Below are positions 9,151 to 18,862 of a stretch of 64,000 nucleotides of DNA, piece after piece (within the stretch, counting starts at the first letter, position 1; each line of letters starts with the position of its first letter). Origin of the DNA: a virus (lineage: Duplodnaviria > Heunggongvirae > Uroviricota > Caudoviricetes). Both the position numbers and the translations under genes were made by a program. The stretch is from the IMG/VR virus record IMGVR_UViG_3300034279_001376, positions 44,776 to 108,775 of that record, one strand, 5' to 3'. Below the pieces are notes generated by a model. The model was given only the letters and a program-made list of their open reading frames with translations, ran no database searches and was not told the DNA's origin.

Positions 9151-11832
9151 CTATTTGTTTACTACTGCTACTTTCAAATTATCTTTAGAAATTTTAAGTT
9201 TTGCAGCAATTTCTTCACGTTTTACTTGTAATTCCTCCCTTCTTAGAGATTCATTGGTGTCATTAGTAAGTCTGTCTGCTTTTAGTTTTTCCCTCATAGC
9301 ACCTCTTTGAGACTCAGCCTCTTTTGCTTGGTTTAAGACAGACATATAGTAATCTTTTTCTGCAAGATCTGCCTTTTTTAAGTTAAGTAATTCCTCAACT
9401 CCTGTACCTTGCCCAAATGAAGACTGGCCTACTACACGCATTTCTTGAATGTATTCATCTGATTCTATCTTGAGAAGTAGTTTTTCTTTTTCCCACGCTA
9501 ATTCAGAAGCCTTAATTCTCTCATCTGCTTCAATTTTTGCTTGTAATTGTCTTTGTTCGTTTTCTTGTTGCTTCTGGACTTCCGCTTGTTTTTTTACAGT
9601 CAAATCTTTAAGAGCAGAATATATGTCTGAAAGAGAATGAGTACTTAACATTTTAATCTTGTCTTCTAAATCAGCACCCATAGTATTGTCCCTACGTACC
9701 ATTTCTTTCATCTCTGCAATTAATAGTGCATCATCAAAACTTGAGGATGTGTAAACTCCTAACATGTAAAGAGGAAAATCCTCAGTAGTAGTCTGAAATA
9801 TTTGTCTTTCCCCCTCAGAGTTAAGATAAGAATCAGCAGTACTTCCTTCTTTGATTTTTAGATACTTGGTAATCTCTAGGAAAGTTTGCCAACCCTTTTC
9901 CATCATGGAATAATGGTCATCATACACCTCTTTGACTGCGTTTACAGTTCTTTGCACTCCTTGTGCTATTCCTGCTTCTGTTTCCTGAGGACTTATTTCT
10001 GAAAGGAATTGAGAAGTAATTCCTAAGACCGAATAGCACTCTTCTTTAATAGACATGGCCAATTGTACTTTTTGGGCAATTTCATCCATTCTACTCAAAT
10101 CCACTTTCTGACCAAACCCACCAGTGAGTTGACTTCCTCCTTGCATGTTAGAAGGAGAAGTGTCCACAGCACCAATACCTAAGTCACGGGCTGTCATTGC
10201 AAACTTTACAAGATTATTTTTGCCCCAAGAACCATCCATAGATTCAGAAGGAATAGCATTTTGGTTCATCACAAAGAATGGACCTATTTCAGTCTTTAGA
10301 ATTTGCATGATGCGATTCCACACAAAATTAAAAGCAATTTCCCATACTTCTGTTTTGTCCACAATCTGACTAGACTCTGAATACTTATTGGTAGTGGCTC
10401 CACCGTGTACAGGAATGTAAGATCCAAACCTTCCTATTTTTGGATCTGAGAGTTGAACTTTATATTTTTCGATGCTTAACCAAACATCATCACTGAGGTC
10501 AGGATTTGCATTCCGTGAGAAATTTAATTTCTGGACTCTGTGGAGTTCGTTAATATAAAATACTTCCACATGTTCACCTTCGAGAAGATATTCTGCTGTT
10601 TTTGGTTTACCCTTTAAATAAGTGGGCTTAAAGACTGGAAGGTATGTTTCATCCACTATCTTAGTAACTTCCTCTTCACCTACTCGGAAAGTGACTTTTT
10701 TCATAATACGTGGAATTTGCACGTACATATTCAATATCTCAACCAACCTTTCTCTGTATTCTTCTCCCCTGTGTCTGTGAGTAGTGTCTTCTTCTGTTCT
10801 AAACGCGAGATAATTTTGGATGTCTGCTTCTACTGGTTTCTTAGTCTCAAACTCAAAATTAGCAGCAGTCGTTGCTGTGAAGTTAGTACTGCCAAATCTC
10901 AAGTGTAATTTCTGAATGGTTTCTTCATTTAATTTATCTCCGAACCTTTGAATAATAGTTTCAGGAGCCTCATACTCGTACCACATAAACATGTAAGAAT
11001 GACTTACATCATCGTTGTGAGGACTTTTTAAATAGGCAGCATTTTCTGGTCTGATTACTTCTGGTCTTACTTCATCTTCTTTAAGATTAAGATGTAGGAA
11101 AGGTCTGTCATTAATAATCCGGTTTCTAAAGAGTTGTTTTTCTATGTCTGGCATATTAAACTTTCTTTTGGCGTTTTCCATGACATGATTGGCCCACTGT
11201 TCAATAGTTAATCTAAATTCTGTGTTGTAATACTTCTGAATTTTTGGGAGTTGTTGGAATATTTTAATTTGTTCCTCATAGACATCTGGTTGACTTTCAG
11301 GTGTAATCCCTTGGGCTTCTAGGTCTTGGTTAAAAAACTGCATAGCACTAGAAACTAGAAGGTTTCTAATGTCTCCATTCTTGCGGTCAAGTATGTCATT
11401 CTGGGCCTCTCTGTTTACAGCGAGTACTGAGTAACCTACTTTAGTCTTAGAGAGAAAAGAAGTTAACACATTGACTATTTTAGAGGTTAAAGGGAAAAAC
11501 TCTATTTCTTCCAATTCATCCTCTACGTTGTCCACTAAAGACAACTCCTCTTTTAAAGAAGTGTCCTTTAAATAATCTTTAAGGTCAAGAGTACCATTGG
11601 CTCTTTGTTGATTTTTTATAATTTTGTTACGATTTGCAGCAATGGTTCTTCTTCCTTTCTGCTCGTATATTAATACGTTCTGTTTTAATAACCTAAAATC
11701 ATTTTCTGTTTTATCTTTCTCAGTCAGAACCAACTTGTTTTCGTTGAACCTGTGTAATACGTGAGAAAAATCAGAACCTTTTTTGTTAGGTATTTTTATT
11801 TTTGGCCCTGTCTTTGACCCTAATTTGTCCAT
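9151..11832 (-). CDS. putative portal protein
   Basis: 893 aa ORF with ATG start, immediately downstream of the large terminase on the same strand. The long charged coiled-coil C-terminus is typical of large portals. Call rests on position and size. Confidence 0.55.
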   Translation of the reverse strand: MDKLGSKTGPKIKIPNKKGSDFSHVLHRFNENKLVLTEKDKTENDFRLLKQNVLIYEQKGRRTIAANRNKIIKNQQRANGTLDLKDYLKDTSLKEELSLVDNVEDELEEIEFFPLTSKIVNVLTSFLSKTKVGYSVLAVNREAQNDILDRKNGDIRNLLVSSAMQFFNQDLEAQGITPESQPDVYEEQIKIFQQLPKIQKYYNTEFRLTIEQWANHVMENAKRKFNMPDIEKQLFRNRIINDRPFLHLNLKEDEVRPEVIRPENAAYLKSPHNDDVSHSYMFMWYEYEAPETIIQRFGDKLNEETIQKLHLRFGSTNFTATTAANFEFETKKPVEADIQNYLAFRTEEDTTHRHRGEEYRERLVEILNMYVQIPRIMKKVTFRVGEEEVTKIVDETYLPVFKPTYLKGKPKTAEYLLEGEHVEVFYINELHRVQKLNFSRNANPDLSDDVWLSIEKYKVQLSDPKIGRFGSYIPVHGGATTNKYSESSQIVDKTEVWEIAFNFVWNRIMQILKTEIGPFFVMNQNAIPSESMDGSWGKNNLVKFAMTARDLGIGAVDTSPSNMQGGSQLTGGFGQKVDLSRMDEIAQKVQLAMSIKEECYSVLGITSQFLSEISPQETEAGIAQGVQRTVNAVKEVYDDHYSMMEKGWQTFLEITKYLKIKEGSTADSYLNSEGERQIFQTTTEDFPLYMLGVYTSSSFDDALLIAEMKEMVRRDNTMGADLEDKIKMLSTHSLSDIYSALKDLTVKKQAEVQKQQENEQRQLQAKIEADERIKASELAWEKEKLLLKIESDEYIQEMRVVGQSSFGQGTGVEELLNLKKADLAEKDYYMSVLNQAKEAESQRGAMREKLKADRLTNDTNESLRREELQVKREEIAAKLKISKDNLKVAVVNK

Positions 11833-11924
11833 AATCTATATTTTGTGCGCAAATTTAGTATATTTCTATTAAGCAAGGTAGTAAAGCAAATAAATTTTAT
11901 TATTATTTACTAACCTTGGGCTTA

Positions 11925-14900
11925 TTATTTTCTTTTCTTAAAAGGAGAACCCATTTTCATTACTACTTTTTGCTCTCTTTTTACTCCGTTTTCTCTTACT
12001 TGTCTTTGCTCTTTTACTACTAGATTTCGATTGGTGTTTGATCTGGCTGCAATTAAGGCAAATGTAAATGCAACTAATCGGTCTGTGTTTAACTTAGGGG
12101 TGTATTTGAGCATCTCCTCTAGGAGCATAACATCTCTTAGTCTTGTAACTCCATACACGGGAGTTTTTTCCCCGTCTTTCATTATGTTAAGGATAACTTC
12201 ATCAACATAAGCAACTGCAAAATCTAAAGCCTTTTTTTTAAATTCTCCCTCCATCCTAATTCCTATTTCGTTTACTATGGTAGAATTGGGCATCCATTCG
12301 TTTAGAAGGTATATTTCTTTTCTTTTCATAAACATGTGCCCTAAGTCTTTTCCTATGGCCCATTCGTGAAAACCTGTTACGTTTGATTCTACTGCTATTC
12401 GAGCATTGTAATATTTGCAAAGGTTCATGCACGTTTCGTAAGTTTCTTCCCAAGTTGGATACCTACCTGTGTATCTGGCCACTGGAAAATCACTTACCAT
12501 TTGCCCATTAGCATTTACGTGAGCAGCCTTAAATATAACCACTGACATCAAAGACTTAGAAGTAGTGGTGTTGGTTTGTCTGATAGGGTCAATTCCTGCG
12601 TAATATAAACCCCAAGGTGGATTATCTATTGGTAGTTCATCTACTTCTACTACTCCTCTATTATCCTTAGTGGGGTCAACCTTTAGAGTTGAGATAGGTT
12701 TGTTGTACGAGATTTTGTGGGTGATTTTACTGTCAGTAACTTCCAGTTCTACTGTAAGAGGTTTATAGGTTTGACGAAGTAAAGTCTGGTGTTCTTTTAT
12801 GATTCGAGTGGGGAAAATATTATCCTCCCGGATAGCAAAAGCATCTTGAAGATTAAAAGGATGCTGAGATTTCCAAAGAATGTAATTGTCTTTTTCTCTC
12901 CTTTTTTCGTCTTCTAAGTTAAGATAGTACTTGGCTAATTCTATGTCTGAATTTCCATCCTTATCGTAACACTTAATCTGTTTACCATCAACACTTGCTA
13001 TATAATTCCAAAAGTCTGGGAAAAAGAAACAAATCTCTTCATCTGATTCTACCTCTGAGAATATATCTTTGATCCCTAAGAACCCATAACCAGAAGGATT
13101 GAAAGCAATGTTTTCTAATGGCCCACAATCTTTTAATTCACCCACGGCTCCTGATACTGTAATGTGCCCAGTTTTAACACCTCCCATTTTTGTGGCTGCT
13201 TCTGCAAACTCCAACACTTTGTCTAGGTTTGGAGCAATGCCTGCTTCTTCGTGAAAAAGATCAGTTATGTGACCACCTACTGCTTTTGCAGGGTTCTTTT
13301 TAGTGGTGGCTGCCACTAAACGAGATTTTAATCCTACCCATTTTTTCTTTGTGTTAACTGTACCTTCAATTACACTTCTTTTCTGTTCCCATTCTAGTCC
13401 TGCATCTGGTTCAAATGATCTGTACCAAGGAGTATGCTCATTTAGAAAGTTACGGTAGTTAACAGCAAATTTCCAAGAACCATTAGTGTTTACAAAATCT
13501 TCTTCATATCCTATGACTTTACAAACACTCTGCTTAACAAACCATAGTTTTCTCATTAACTTTGACATTAGTTTCAGTGTGTTATGAGTAAGTACATAGT
13601 CTTTAGTAATGTAAGTATGGCTAGGATGGTCAACTTCAATACAAGTGGACTCTTCTTTTCCAAGTTTTACTACATTAATAATACTGTTTTTTGTACGTCT
13701 TTCTCTGTCTAGTATTTGTCTGTATTTCTTACGCCTTAATCTAAACAACCTTATTTTATTTCCAATACGTACCCTCCAAAATATGTGGTCAGTTTCTTTT
13801 GCTGGTGGAAATTCACAACTATGAACTGGAATCCCCAAAGACCTGCATAATTCTACCACATCTGCTTGAAGTCTTTCGGATGTAGTCGTAAGTTGAATAT
13901 CATAACCTTGTTCAGAAATATACCCGTCTGTATCCATAAGCCCCTGTAATAAGGCTATCCGGTTTTCTACACTAGATTTTAAATAAACCTCTGGAATGAA
14001 TTTGTTGTAGCAAGTCGTACCTGTTAAACCTAACTCCTTTAGTTCTCTTAACAAAGGATTTACACCATATTGAGCGTTTACATATTTAGAATCTAAAGAT
14101 GTAAATCTTTTTGCATACATAATAGTGGCCCGGTAATGATTTTCTGCTTGTTCTCTTTCACCTGTATGGTAATCTTCTCCAAGGTCTTCAAGGACTAAAT
14201 CAAATACTTCTTGGTCTGCTGAGGTCAGCCTACATTGAGATTTGGTGAAAGAACCATCACCTAGTAAAGCACCCAAAGCATACGCAGGGATTGGCACAGT
14301 ATTCTCAGGATAAATAATGGGATCAATTTCCTCCACTCCATACCTATAACCTTTATACTCTTTTTTCTCCCCACTTTTTAAAGTTGCTGTTGCTTTATAA
14401 GTTATGCCTTTTTCTAACATTTGCTTCAAAGACAAAACTTTTAAAGTATTCCTTTCTCGCACCTCCCAGAGATGATTAATACCACATCTTACTTTTCTTT
14501 TGTCCAAAAATTCTATTTCGTAAACATCTTTTACTCCTTGTGGATAAACACCTATTACATTGGTTAACTTGCCATCTTTAGAATAAACTTTGTCTCCTAC
14601 TTTTAAATCTCCAATAGGTCTAAAACCATGTTCTGTGAGTACAGGTTCTGAATTAGGTTGTTCAAAGCCTTTCTGGCGGGCTTTGCAGACAGCAGAGTTT
14701 AGATCAGATAATCTAGCAATTTCGTCATACAAATAAAAATGGTAATCTCCATCCCATAATTCTGCAAAATCCTCCCTACCTTTTAATTTATCTACAATAG
14801 GAGTGTAGTTAAGATACCAATAAAAATCTCCGGGTAAATAAAACTCGTTAATGATTACACCTTGACCTATTTTTTTCTTCTCAAAAGCAAAATGTTCTTT

Positions 14901-15113
14901 GTATTGTTCTGAGTCTTCCGAGAAGTCACAATACCTTCCTGTCGTTTGGAATTTAGTGGCAGGTTCAACCCATAGATAAGTGTCATACAAACCATATTTA
15001 CCCGGTTCTTTGAACTGAGATTTTACGTATGCAAGAAACTCCTTGTCATTTTCGTAAATAGTGTATGACCAAACTCCATTTTTAAGAGTAGGTATTCGCT
15101 TTGTTGTAAACAT
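11925..15113 (-). CDS. terL: terminase large subunit (T4 gp17-like) interrupted by an intein
   Basis: 1062 aa. N-terminal ATPase region with ...CKARQKG P-loop remnant. C-terminal nuclease domain with a YAGIDPIRQ RNaseH-like acidic motif. The internal ~360 aa has hallmarks of a homing-endonuclease intein (see intein feature). Confidence 0.8.
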   Translation of the reverse strand: MFTTKRIPTLKNGVWSYTIYENDKEFLAYVKSQFKEPGKYGLYDTYLWVEPATKFQTTGRYCDFSEDSEQYKEHFAFEKKKIGQGVIINEFYLPGDFYWYLNYTPIVDKLKGREDFAELWDGDYHFYLYDEIARLSDLNSAVCKARQKGFEQPNSEPVLTEHGFRPIGDLKVGDKVYSKDGKLTNVIGVYPQGVKDVYEIEFLDKRKVRCGINHLWEVRERNTLKVLSLKQMLEKGITYKATATLKSGEKKEYKGYRYGVEEIDPIIYPENTVPIPAYALGALLGDGSFTKSQCRLTSADQEVFDLVLEDLGEDYHTGEREQAENHYRATIMYAKRFTSLDSKYVNAQYGVNPLLRELKELGLTGTTCYNKFIPEVYLKSSVENRIALLQGLMDTDGYISEQGYDIQLTTTSERLQADVVELCRSLGIPVHSCEFPPAKETDHIFWRVRIGNKIRLFRLRRKKYRQILDRERRTKNSIINVVKLGKEESTCIEVDHPSHTYITKDYVLTHNTLKLMSKLMRKLWFVKQSVCKVIGYEEDFVNTNGSWKFAVNYRNFLNEHTPWYRSFEPDAGLEWEQKRSVIEGTVNTKKKWVGLKSRLVAATTKKNPAKAVGGHITDLFHEEAGIAPNLDKVLEFAEAATKMGGVKTGHITVSGAVGELKDCGPLENIAFNPSGYGFLGIKDIFSEVESDEEICFFFPDFWNYIASVDGKQIKCYDKDGNSDIELAKYYLNLEDEKRREKDNYILWKSQHPFNLQDAFAIREDNIFPTRIIKEHQTLLRQTYKPLTVELEVTDSKITHKISYNKPISTLKVDPTKDNRGVVEVDELPIDNPPWGLYYAGIDPIRQTNTTTSKSLMSVVIFKAAHVNANGQMVSDFPVARYTGRYPTWEETYETCMNLCKYYNARIAVESNVTGFHEWAIGKDLGHMFMKRKEIYLLNEWMPNSTIVNEIGIRMEGEFKKKALDFAVAYVDEVILNIMKDGEKTPVYGVTRLRDVMLLEEMLKYTPKLNTDRLVAFTFALIAARSNTNRNLVVKEQRQVRENGVKREQKVVMKMGSPFKKRK
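13581..14651 (-). mobile_element. intein with LAGLIDADG homing endonuclease inside the terminase ATPase domain (approximate boundaries)
   Basis: Hint-like N-block (EPVLTEHGFRPIGDLKVGDKVYSKDG). Two LAGLIDADG motifs (LGALLGDGSF and LQGLMDTDGYI). C-terminal block ...YVLTHN followed by Thr (+1 extein residue). The N-terminal boundary is uncertain; Ser155 is a candidate first residue. Confidence 0.6.
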
Positions 15114-15661
15114 TAAAAATCAGAGTTTGTATCATCCTCATCAATTGCTATTTTGGATGCACCTTTTCGTTTAATAACTTCTTGCCTGAATGCAGCATCT
15201 ACTGCATTAAAGTTGTTGATAGTGGTAGAGGCGTTGTTTTGAATTTGCTGGATATTTGCCAAGTTTCCATCTTTTCCTCCCACTACTTGAGCAGTTCTCA
15301 GATAATCACCCACATTATCCATTGCTATTTTTAAGGATTGAAGGTATCTTTGCGTGGGTGTTTCACACAATTCCTTCATTTTTTCTGCTGCTTCTATGAG
15401 AGGAATATCAAAAGAAGGGTTGTAATCACCCGGACAGTCTTTCATAACTCTTTCCTTCCTAAAATCTTCGTGAAGCAAAAGATGGGGGCTTTCCGGGTCA
15501 TACATAAAATGAAGATAAGTAAATGCTGATATGGCATTGTTCATACCGTTTACCTCGTCCTTATTTACATAGTAATCGTATGCCTTTCTGAAAGCAGGAA
15601 CTACTAATATAACCTCGTTTACTATGACTCTATTTTCTTTTATTGTTAGTACTTTTTGCAT
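15113..15661 (-). CDS. putative terminase small subunit (positional call) or hypothetical protein
   Basis: 182 aa ORF with ATG start. It ends in an ATGA overlap with the terL start, the classic terS position. No diagnostic motif. Confidence 0.35.
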   Translation of the reverse strand: MQKVLTIKENRVIVNEVILVVPAFRKAYDYYVNKDEVNGMNNAISAFTYLHFMYDPESPHLLLHEDFRKERVMKDCPGDYNPSFDIPLIEAAEKMKELCETPTQRYLQSLKIAMDNVGDYLRTAQVVGGKDGNLANIQQIQNNASTTINNFNAVDAAFRQEVIKRKGASKIAIDEDDTNSDF

Positions 15662-16391
15662 TTTTAAAATGATTTAGTAATGCTATGACTTCTTTCTTTA
15701 GATAATTAACTGGATATGGAACTGACTCAAATGCTTTATTTTCTGAGAATAAAATATGATGAATGGTTAGTCCGTTTGGTTTTAACTTATACCCTGCTTG
15801 TTCTAAAATGTAAGCGTATATGCTTAATTGGAGAGTGTAATGAGTCCCGTTACAATCACCTAAATGTGAAATAGGTGGATACATTTTTTTCTCACTTCGA
15901 GTTTTAGAGTCGGGGTTAAAAACCATAAACCCGCTAAACTTCAATTCTTTATTAGTCTTGAAATCCTCAAGTATAAATGTTTTGTCCTCAAATATCTCTA
16001 CGTAATCTGCTGTACCAGTTAGATCGAACTCAGGCAAGTAAACCATAAGTTCTGGATACACACCCGGTTTTAGATTGGTAATATCGAATGCTTCTTTTAA
16101 GCCATTCCTTTCTTCGTGTTTGAATACTTTTCTTTTTTTGTCCTTGTAGTATTCTTCTTCTCGAAAAGCATGATACGCTTTCCCCCTAACTATTGACTTA
16201 TCATTTTCCTCTTTCCATTCTTTGAGAATTAACTCAGGGGTGGTTTTTCTTTTCTCAGCCACTTTAACAGACATTTTTTCTGCGTCAAAGTGCTCGTGGT
16301 ATTGAGCAAGGAGCCTTGAGACAGAAGTCAATTCTTTCTCAGGGGCATCTCTCCAAAAGTATCTGTGTTCTTCTTCGTTAAATAATAACAT
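15630..16391 (-). CDS. PD-(D/E)xK RecB/Cas4-like nuclease
   Basis: 253 aa. Motif GTADYVEIF...ILEDFKTN fits D...(D/E)xK, and a downstream TLQLSIYAY matches the RecB-family QxxxY motif. Confidence 0.5.
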   Translation of the reverse strand: MLLFNEEEHRYFWRDAPEKELTSVSRLLAQYHEHFDAEKMSVKVAEKRKTTPELILKEWKEENDKSIVRGKAYHAFREEEYYKDKKRKVFKHEERNGLKEAFDITNLKPGVYPELMVYLPEFDLTGTADYVEIFEDKTFILEDFKTNKELKFSGFMVFNPDSKTRSEKKMYPPISHLGDCNGTHYTLQLSIYAYILEQAGYKLKPNGLTIHHILFSENKAFESVPYPVNYLKKEVIALLNHFKNAKSTNNKRK

Positions 16392-16681
16392 TATATAATC
16401 TTGCCTTTAATGATAAAATTGTGTGTAATTCCCCCTACTTTAATCCAAGCAGATTCATCCACCACACCAAATTGATTTGTTTTATCTATGGTAACTATTA
16501 CGTTAAAAGCCTCATCTTTTTCTACTATCCTAGGAAATGAAACAGTGGTGCAACTGCAACTAACCCCTGAATCTTCTATGGTTAAAATGTCTCCGAAGTT
16601 CCTTCCTGCAAAGAAGAATGTACTCGGTGATGTGCTGCTTATAATCTGATTGTGAAGTGTGTTTGTGTTAAATCTTAGCAT
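16391..16681 (-). CDS. hypothetical protein
   Basis: 96 aa ORF with ATG start, in the minus-strand accessory block. Confidence 0.45.
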   Translation of the reverse strand: MLRFNTNTLHNQIISSTSPSTFFFAGRNFGDILTIEDSGVSCSCTTVSFPRIVEKDEAFNVIVTIDKTNQFGVVDESAWIKVGGITHNFIIKGKII

Positions 16682-17061
16682 GGTGGGTTGTCTTTAAATA
16701 GGTTAGTAAACAAATCAGTGTCTGTCAAAGAAACCCCCCATGTCAATCTTGGGGAATTTTTTAGAACATTAAATCCCATAGGATCAGTAGCATAAAGCCA
16801 ATCATTTGCTGAAAGGTTTTCTGCGGAAACAGATTCAATAAAGTTTTTGTGGATTTCTACTTTATTTTCACCAGCGTCATTTAAGTAAAACTCGTACAAT
16901 TTACCATTAATAAGTCCTATGGTTAGTTTTTCTGCCCCATCTCGCCATATTCTTCTAAAAGCAAAATAACCATTTTTTAGCCTTTGGTAATTAAAAGTAG
17001 TTTCTATTGGTTCTTGTATGTTCATAAGTGGGTTTTGATGAACTGGATATTGGTGATACAT
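16675..17061 (-). CDS. DUF2829 / Tad2-like protein, copy 1
   Basis: Motif QRLKNGYFAFRRIW...LSANDWLYATDP matches the remembered DUF2829 signature (A..LK.GK...R..W ... llAdDWe). Start taken at the ATG at 17059-17061 (M28 of the table ORF) to avoid overlapping copy 2. Confidence 0.5.
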   Translation of the reverse strand: MYHQYPVHQNPLMNIQEPIETTFNYQRLKNGYFAFRRIWRDGAEKLTIGLINGKLYEFYLNDAGENKVEIHKNFIESVSAENLSANDWLYATDPMGFNVLKNSPRLTWGVSLTDTDLFTNLFKDNPPC

Positions 17062-17062
17062 A

Positions 17063-17431
17063 TTATTTTGTGTAAGGTTTAAAAAACATTGGTTGAATAG
17101 GCGGGTTTTGTTTACCACTATAATAATGAGAACTAGTAGCACAAATAACTGGTGGTAGATTTTCTTTTACTTTTGTATAACCATAAGGGTCTAAAAAATA
17201 CTCCCAGTCATCCGCTAATAAATCTTCTGTTAATGGGTTCCACACTCTACTAGTAGAAGTTGTAGCAGTATTTTCTGTTTCTAATTCGTGCAATAAAAAA
17301 GTAGAATTTCTTATCCCCAAGAAAAATGGATCCCAAGATTTTCTCTTTGCAAATTGCCCGTTTTTTAATCTTTGAATATCTAATAACATATTATTTGTTT
17401 TTAAGTTTGAATTTTTTCCATTCACTCTCAT
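17063..17431 (-). CDS. DUF2829 / Tad2-like protein, copy 2 (tandem paralog)
   Basis: Motif IQRLKNGQFAKRKSW...LLADDWEYFLDP is clearly paralogous to copy 1. The start may instead be the internal ATG at 17387-17389 (MLLDIQ...). Confidence 0.5.
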   Translation of the reverse strand: MRVNGKNSNLKTNNMLLDIQRLKNGQFAKRKSWDPFFLGIRNSTFLLHELETENTATTSTSRVWNPLTEDLLADDWEYFLDPYGYTKVKENLPPVICATSSHYYSGKQNPPIQPMFFKPYTK

Positions 17432-17669
17432 TTAACATTTCAGGATAACAATTTCCTTCACATGCTTTGCTTGAGTAAAAAAGTTCTGGTGTTTTGCATT
17501 TGCAAATTTTGCAGTGTCCATTGAGGCATTCTGGGGATATTTCTTTGACTAGGATTTCTCTGAGTACAACTTGTTCTCGAATGTAACCCGGAAGTCCTTT
17601 AAATCTGTATCTAAAGTGCCCTTGAAAAAATGCGTAAATATTTTTAAGTGTTATTTGATTTAGTTTCAT
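17391..17669 (-). CDS. small Cys-rich zinc-ribbon-like protein
   Basis: 92 aa with ATG start. CLNGHCKICKCKTPELFYSSKACEGNC gives at least 6 Cys in CxxC-like spacing. Confidence 0.5.
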   Translation of the reverse strand: MKLNQITLKNIYAFFQGHFRYRFKGLPGYIREQVVLREILVKEISPECLNGHCKICKCKTPELFYSSKACEGNCYPEMLNESEWKKFKLKNK

Positions 17670-18052
17670 TATTTTTTCCTTGTTTTAAATGTCCTTCCTC
17701 TGGTAAGAAGGGTGTTTGAGTATTCTAAGTATTTTTCTTGCTCTTCTAGGTTCCTTTCCACGTTTTTATTTAAGACCTTAATCTTGGGAGACAAATCATT
17801 AAATCCTTTTATTTTTCTTCTATTTGAGTTGACCACTTCTTTTAACTTTTTATTAGAGGTAGCCACTGTCCCTAAGTTTAAGAATCTGTATTCAAGTTTG
17901 TCTGTGGTTTCTACTCTTGACTTAAAGTGCTTAAAGTATCCTTTGACAAAACTCCACAATTCATCCTGATCTAGTTCTGGATGTAACTCCTTAATAAGAT
18001 CAAGATATTTAGTTTTTAAAGTTTCTATGGTTAACGTGGTCTTGCTCTTCAT
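17669..18052 (-). CDS. basic hypothetical protein
   Basis: The table ORF starts with TTG at 18055. An ATG follows one codon later (18050-18052). The protein is Lys/Arg-rich. Confidence 0.5.
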   Translation of the reverse strand: MKSKTTLTIETLKTKYLDLIKELHPELDQDELWSFVKGYFKHFKSRVETTDKLEYRFLNLGTVATSNKKLKEVVNSNRRKIKGFNDLSPKIKVLNKNVERNLEEQEKYLEYSNTLLTRGRTFKTRKK

Positions 18053-18422
18053 CAAATGAGTACTGACTAATTAAAACATAAGGAGTGTGTACTAAGTTTA
18101 TGTCAGGGTTTAAAATCGCATCAGGCCAATGCCCATGTATTAGGTTTTCCCTGCGGAGCGCACTTTCATAATTGTTCATAGAATCTGGAGAAGTACTGAT
18201 TCGAGACTCTAAGACTTTCTCCTTATAATCTTTGCCATAGACTATAAAGTAAGCCAAAATGTATTTTTTAGTCTCTGTGGTTCCTTTTTCTTGGAGAATA
18301 ATGTCTAGTTGACGTTTATAAAATTCAACCTTAGACAGTTTTTCTTCCATAAAGTTAACCGAGACTCCCTGATCTATGACTACTTCTACTCCTAGTTTAT
18401 CTTTTAATGGTGTTATTTGCAT
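18009..18422 (-). CDS. hypothetical protein
   Basis: 137 aa ORF with ATG start. Confidence 0.5.
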   Translation of the reverse strand: MQITPLKDKLGVEVVIDQGVSVNFMEEKLSKVEFYKRQLDIILQEKGTTETKKYILAYFIVYGKDYKEKVLESRISTSPDSMNNYESALRRENLIHGHWPDAILNPDINLVHTPYVLISQYSFDEEQDHVNHRNFKN

Positions 18423-18511
18423 TTAATAATTTTTGATTTAAATTAACTGATAAAAGTGGAAACCACAATTTGTAAATAACTTTGTAGTATGTAACTATAC
18501 TTATTTTTGCC

Positions 18512-18862
18512 CTAGTGTTTAACCGTATATGTGACATATCTATTTATGATTTTTTTGAAAATAAAGTTGTTCAAATAAGCAAATGCTTCATCATTCTCTT
18601 GAGAAATAGGTACTCCCACTGCGTGAAGAATGTAAGAAGTAGCATGAATACATTCGTGGTTTAAGTTTGAGAGAAAATTTAAATCAGGAACCAACATGTA
18701 AACAGTATGATTATCCTCATCGTAGTATGTGACTGCACAAGCATTTTTATAGTCTATTGATTTTTTTGTGACTTTTTTAAATACTTCCGCACATTTCTCA
18801 ATAGTGTCTTCCGTGATGAAGACTATTGCAGCATTGTATATTTCTACTTTAAATCTTAGCAT
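18512..18862 (-). CDS. small HExxH zinc-metallopeptidase-like protein
   Basis: 116 aa. NHECIHATSYILH contains HExxH, with a downstream acidic ENDEAFAY segment as a candidate third ligand (SprT/ImmA-like mini-gluzincin architecture). Confidence 0.45.
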   Translation of the reverse strand: MLRFKVEIYNAAIVFITEDTIEKCAEVFKKVTKKSIDYKNACAVTYYDEDNHTVYMLVPDLNFLSNLNHECIHATSYILHAVGVPISQENDEAFAYLNNFIFKKIINRYVTYTVKH

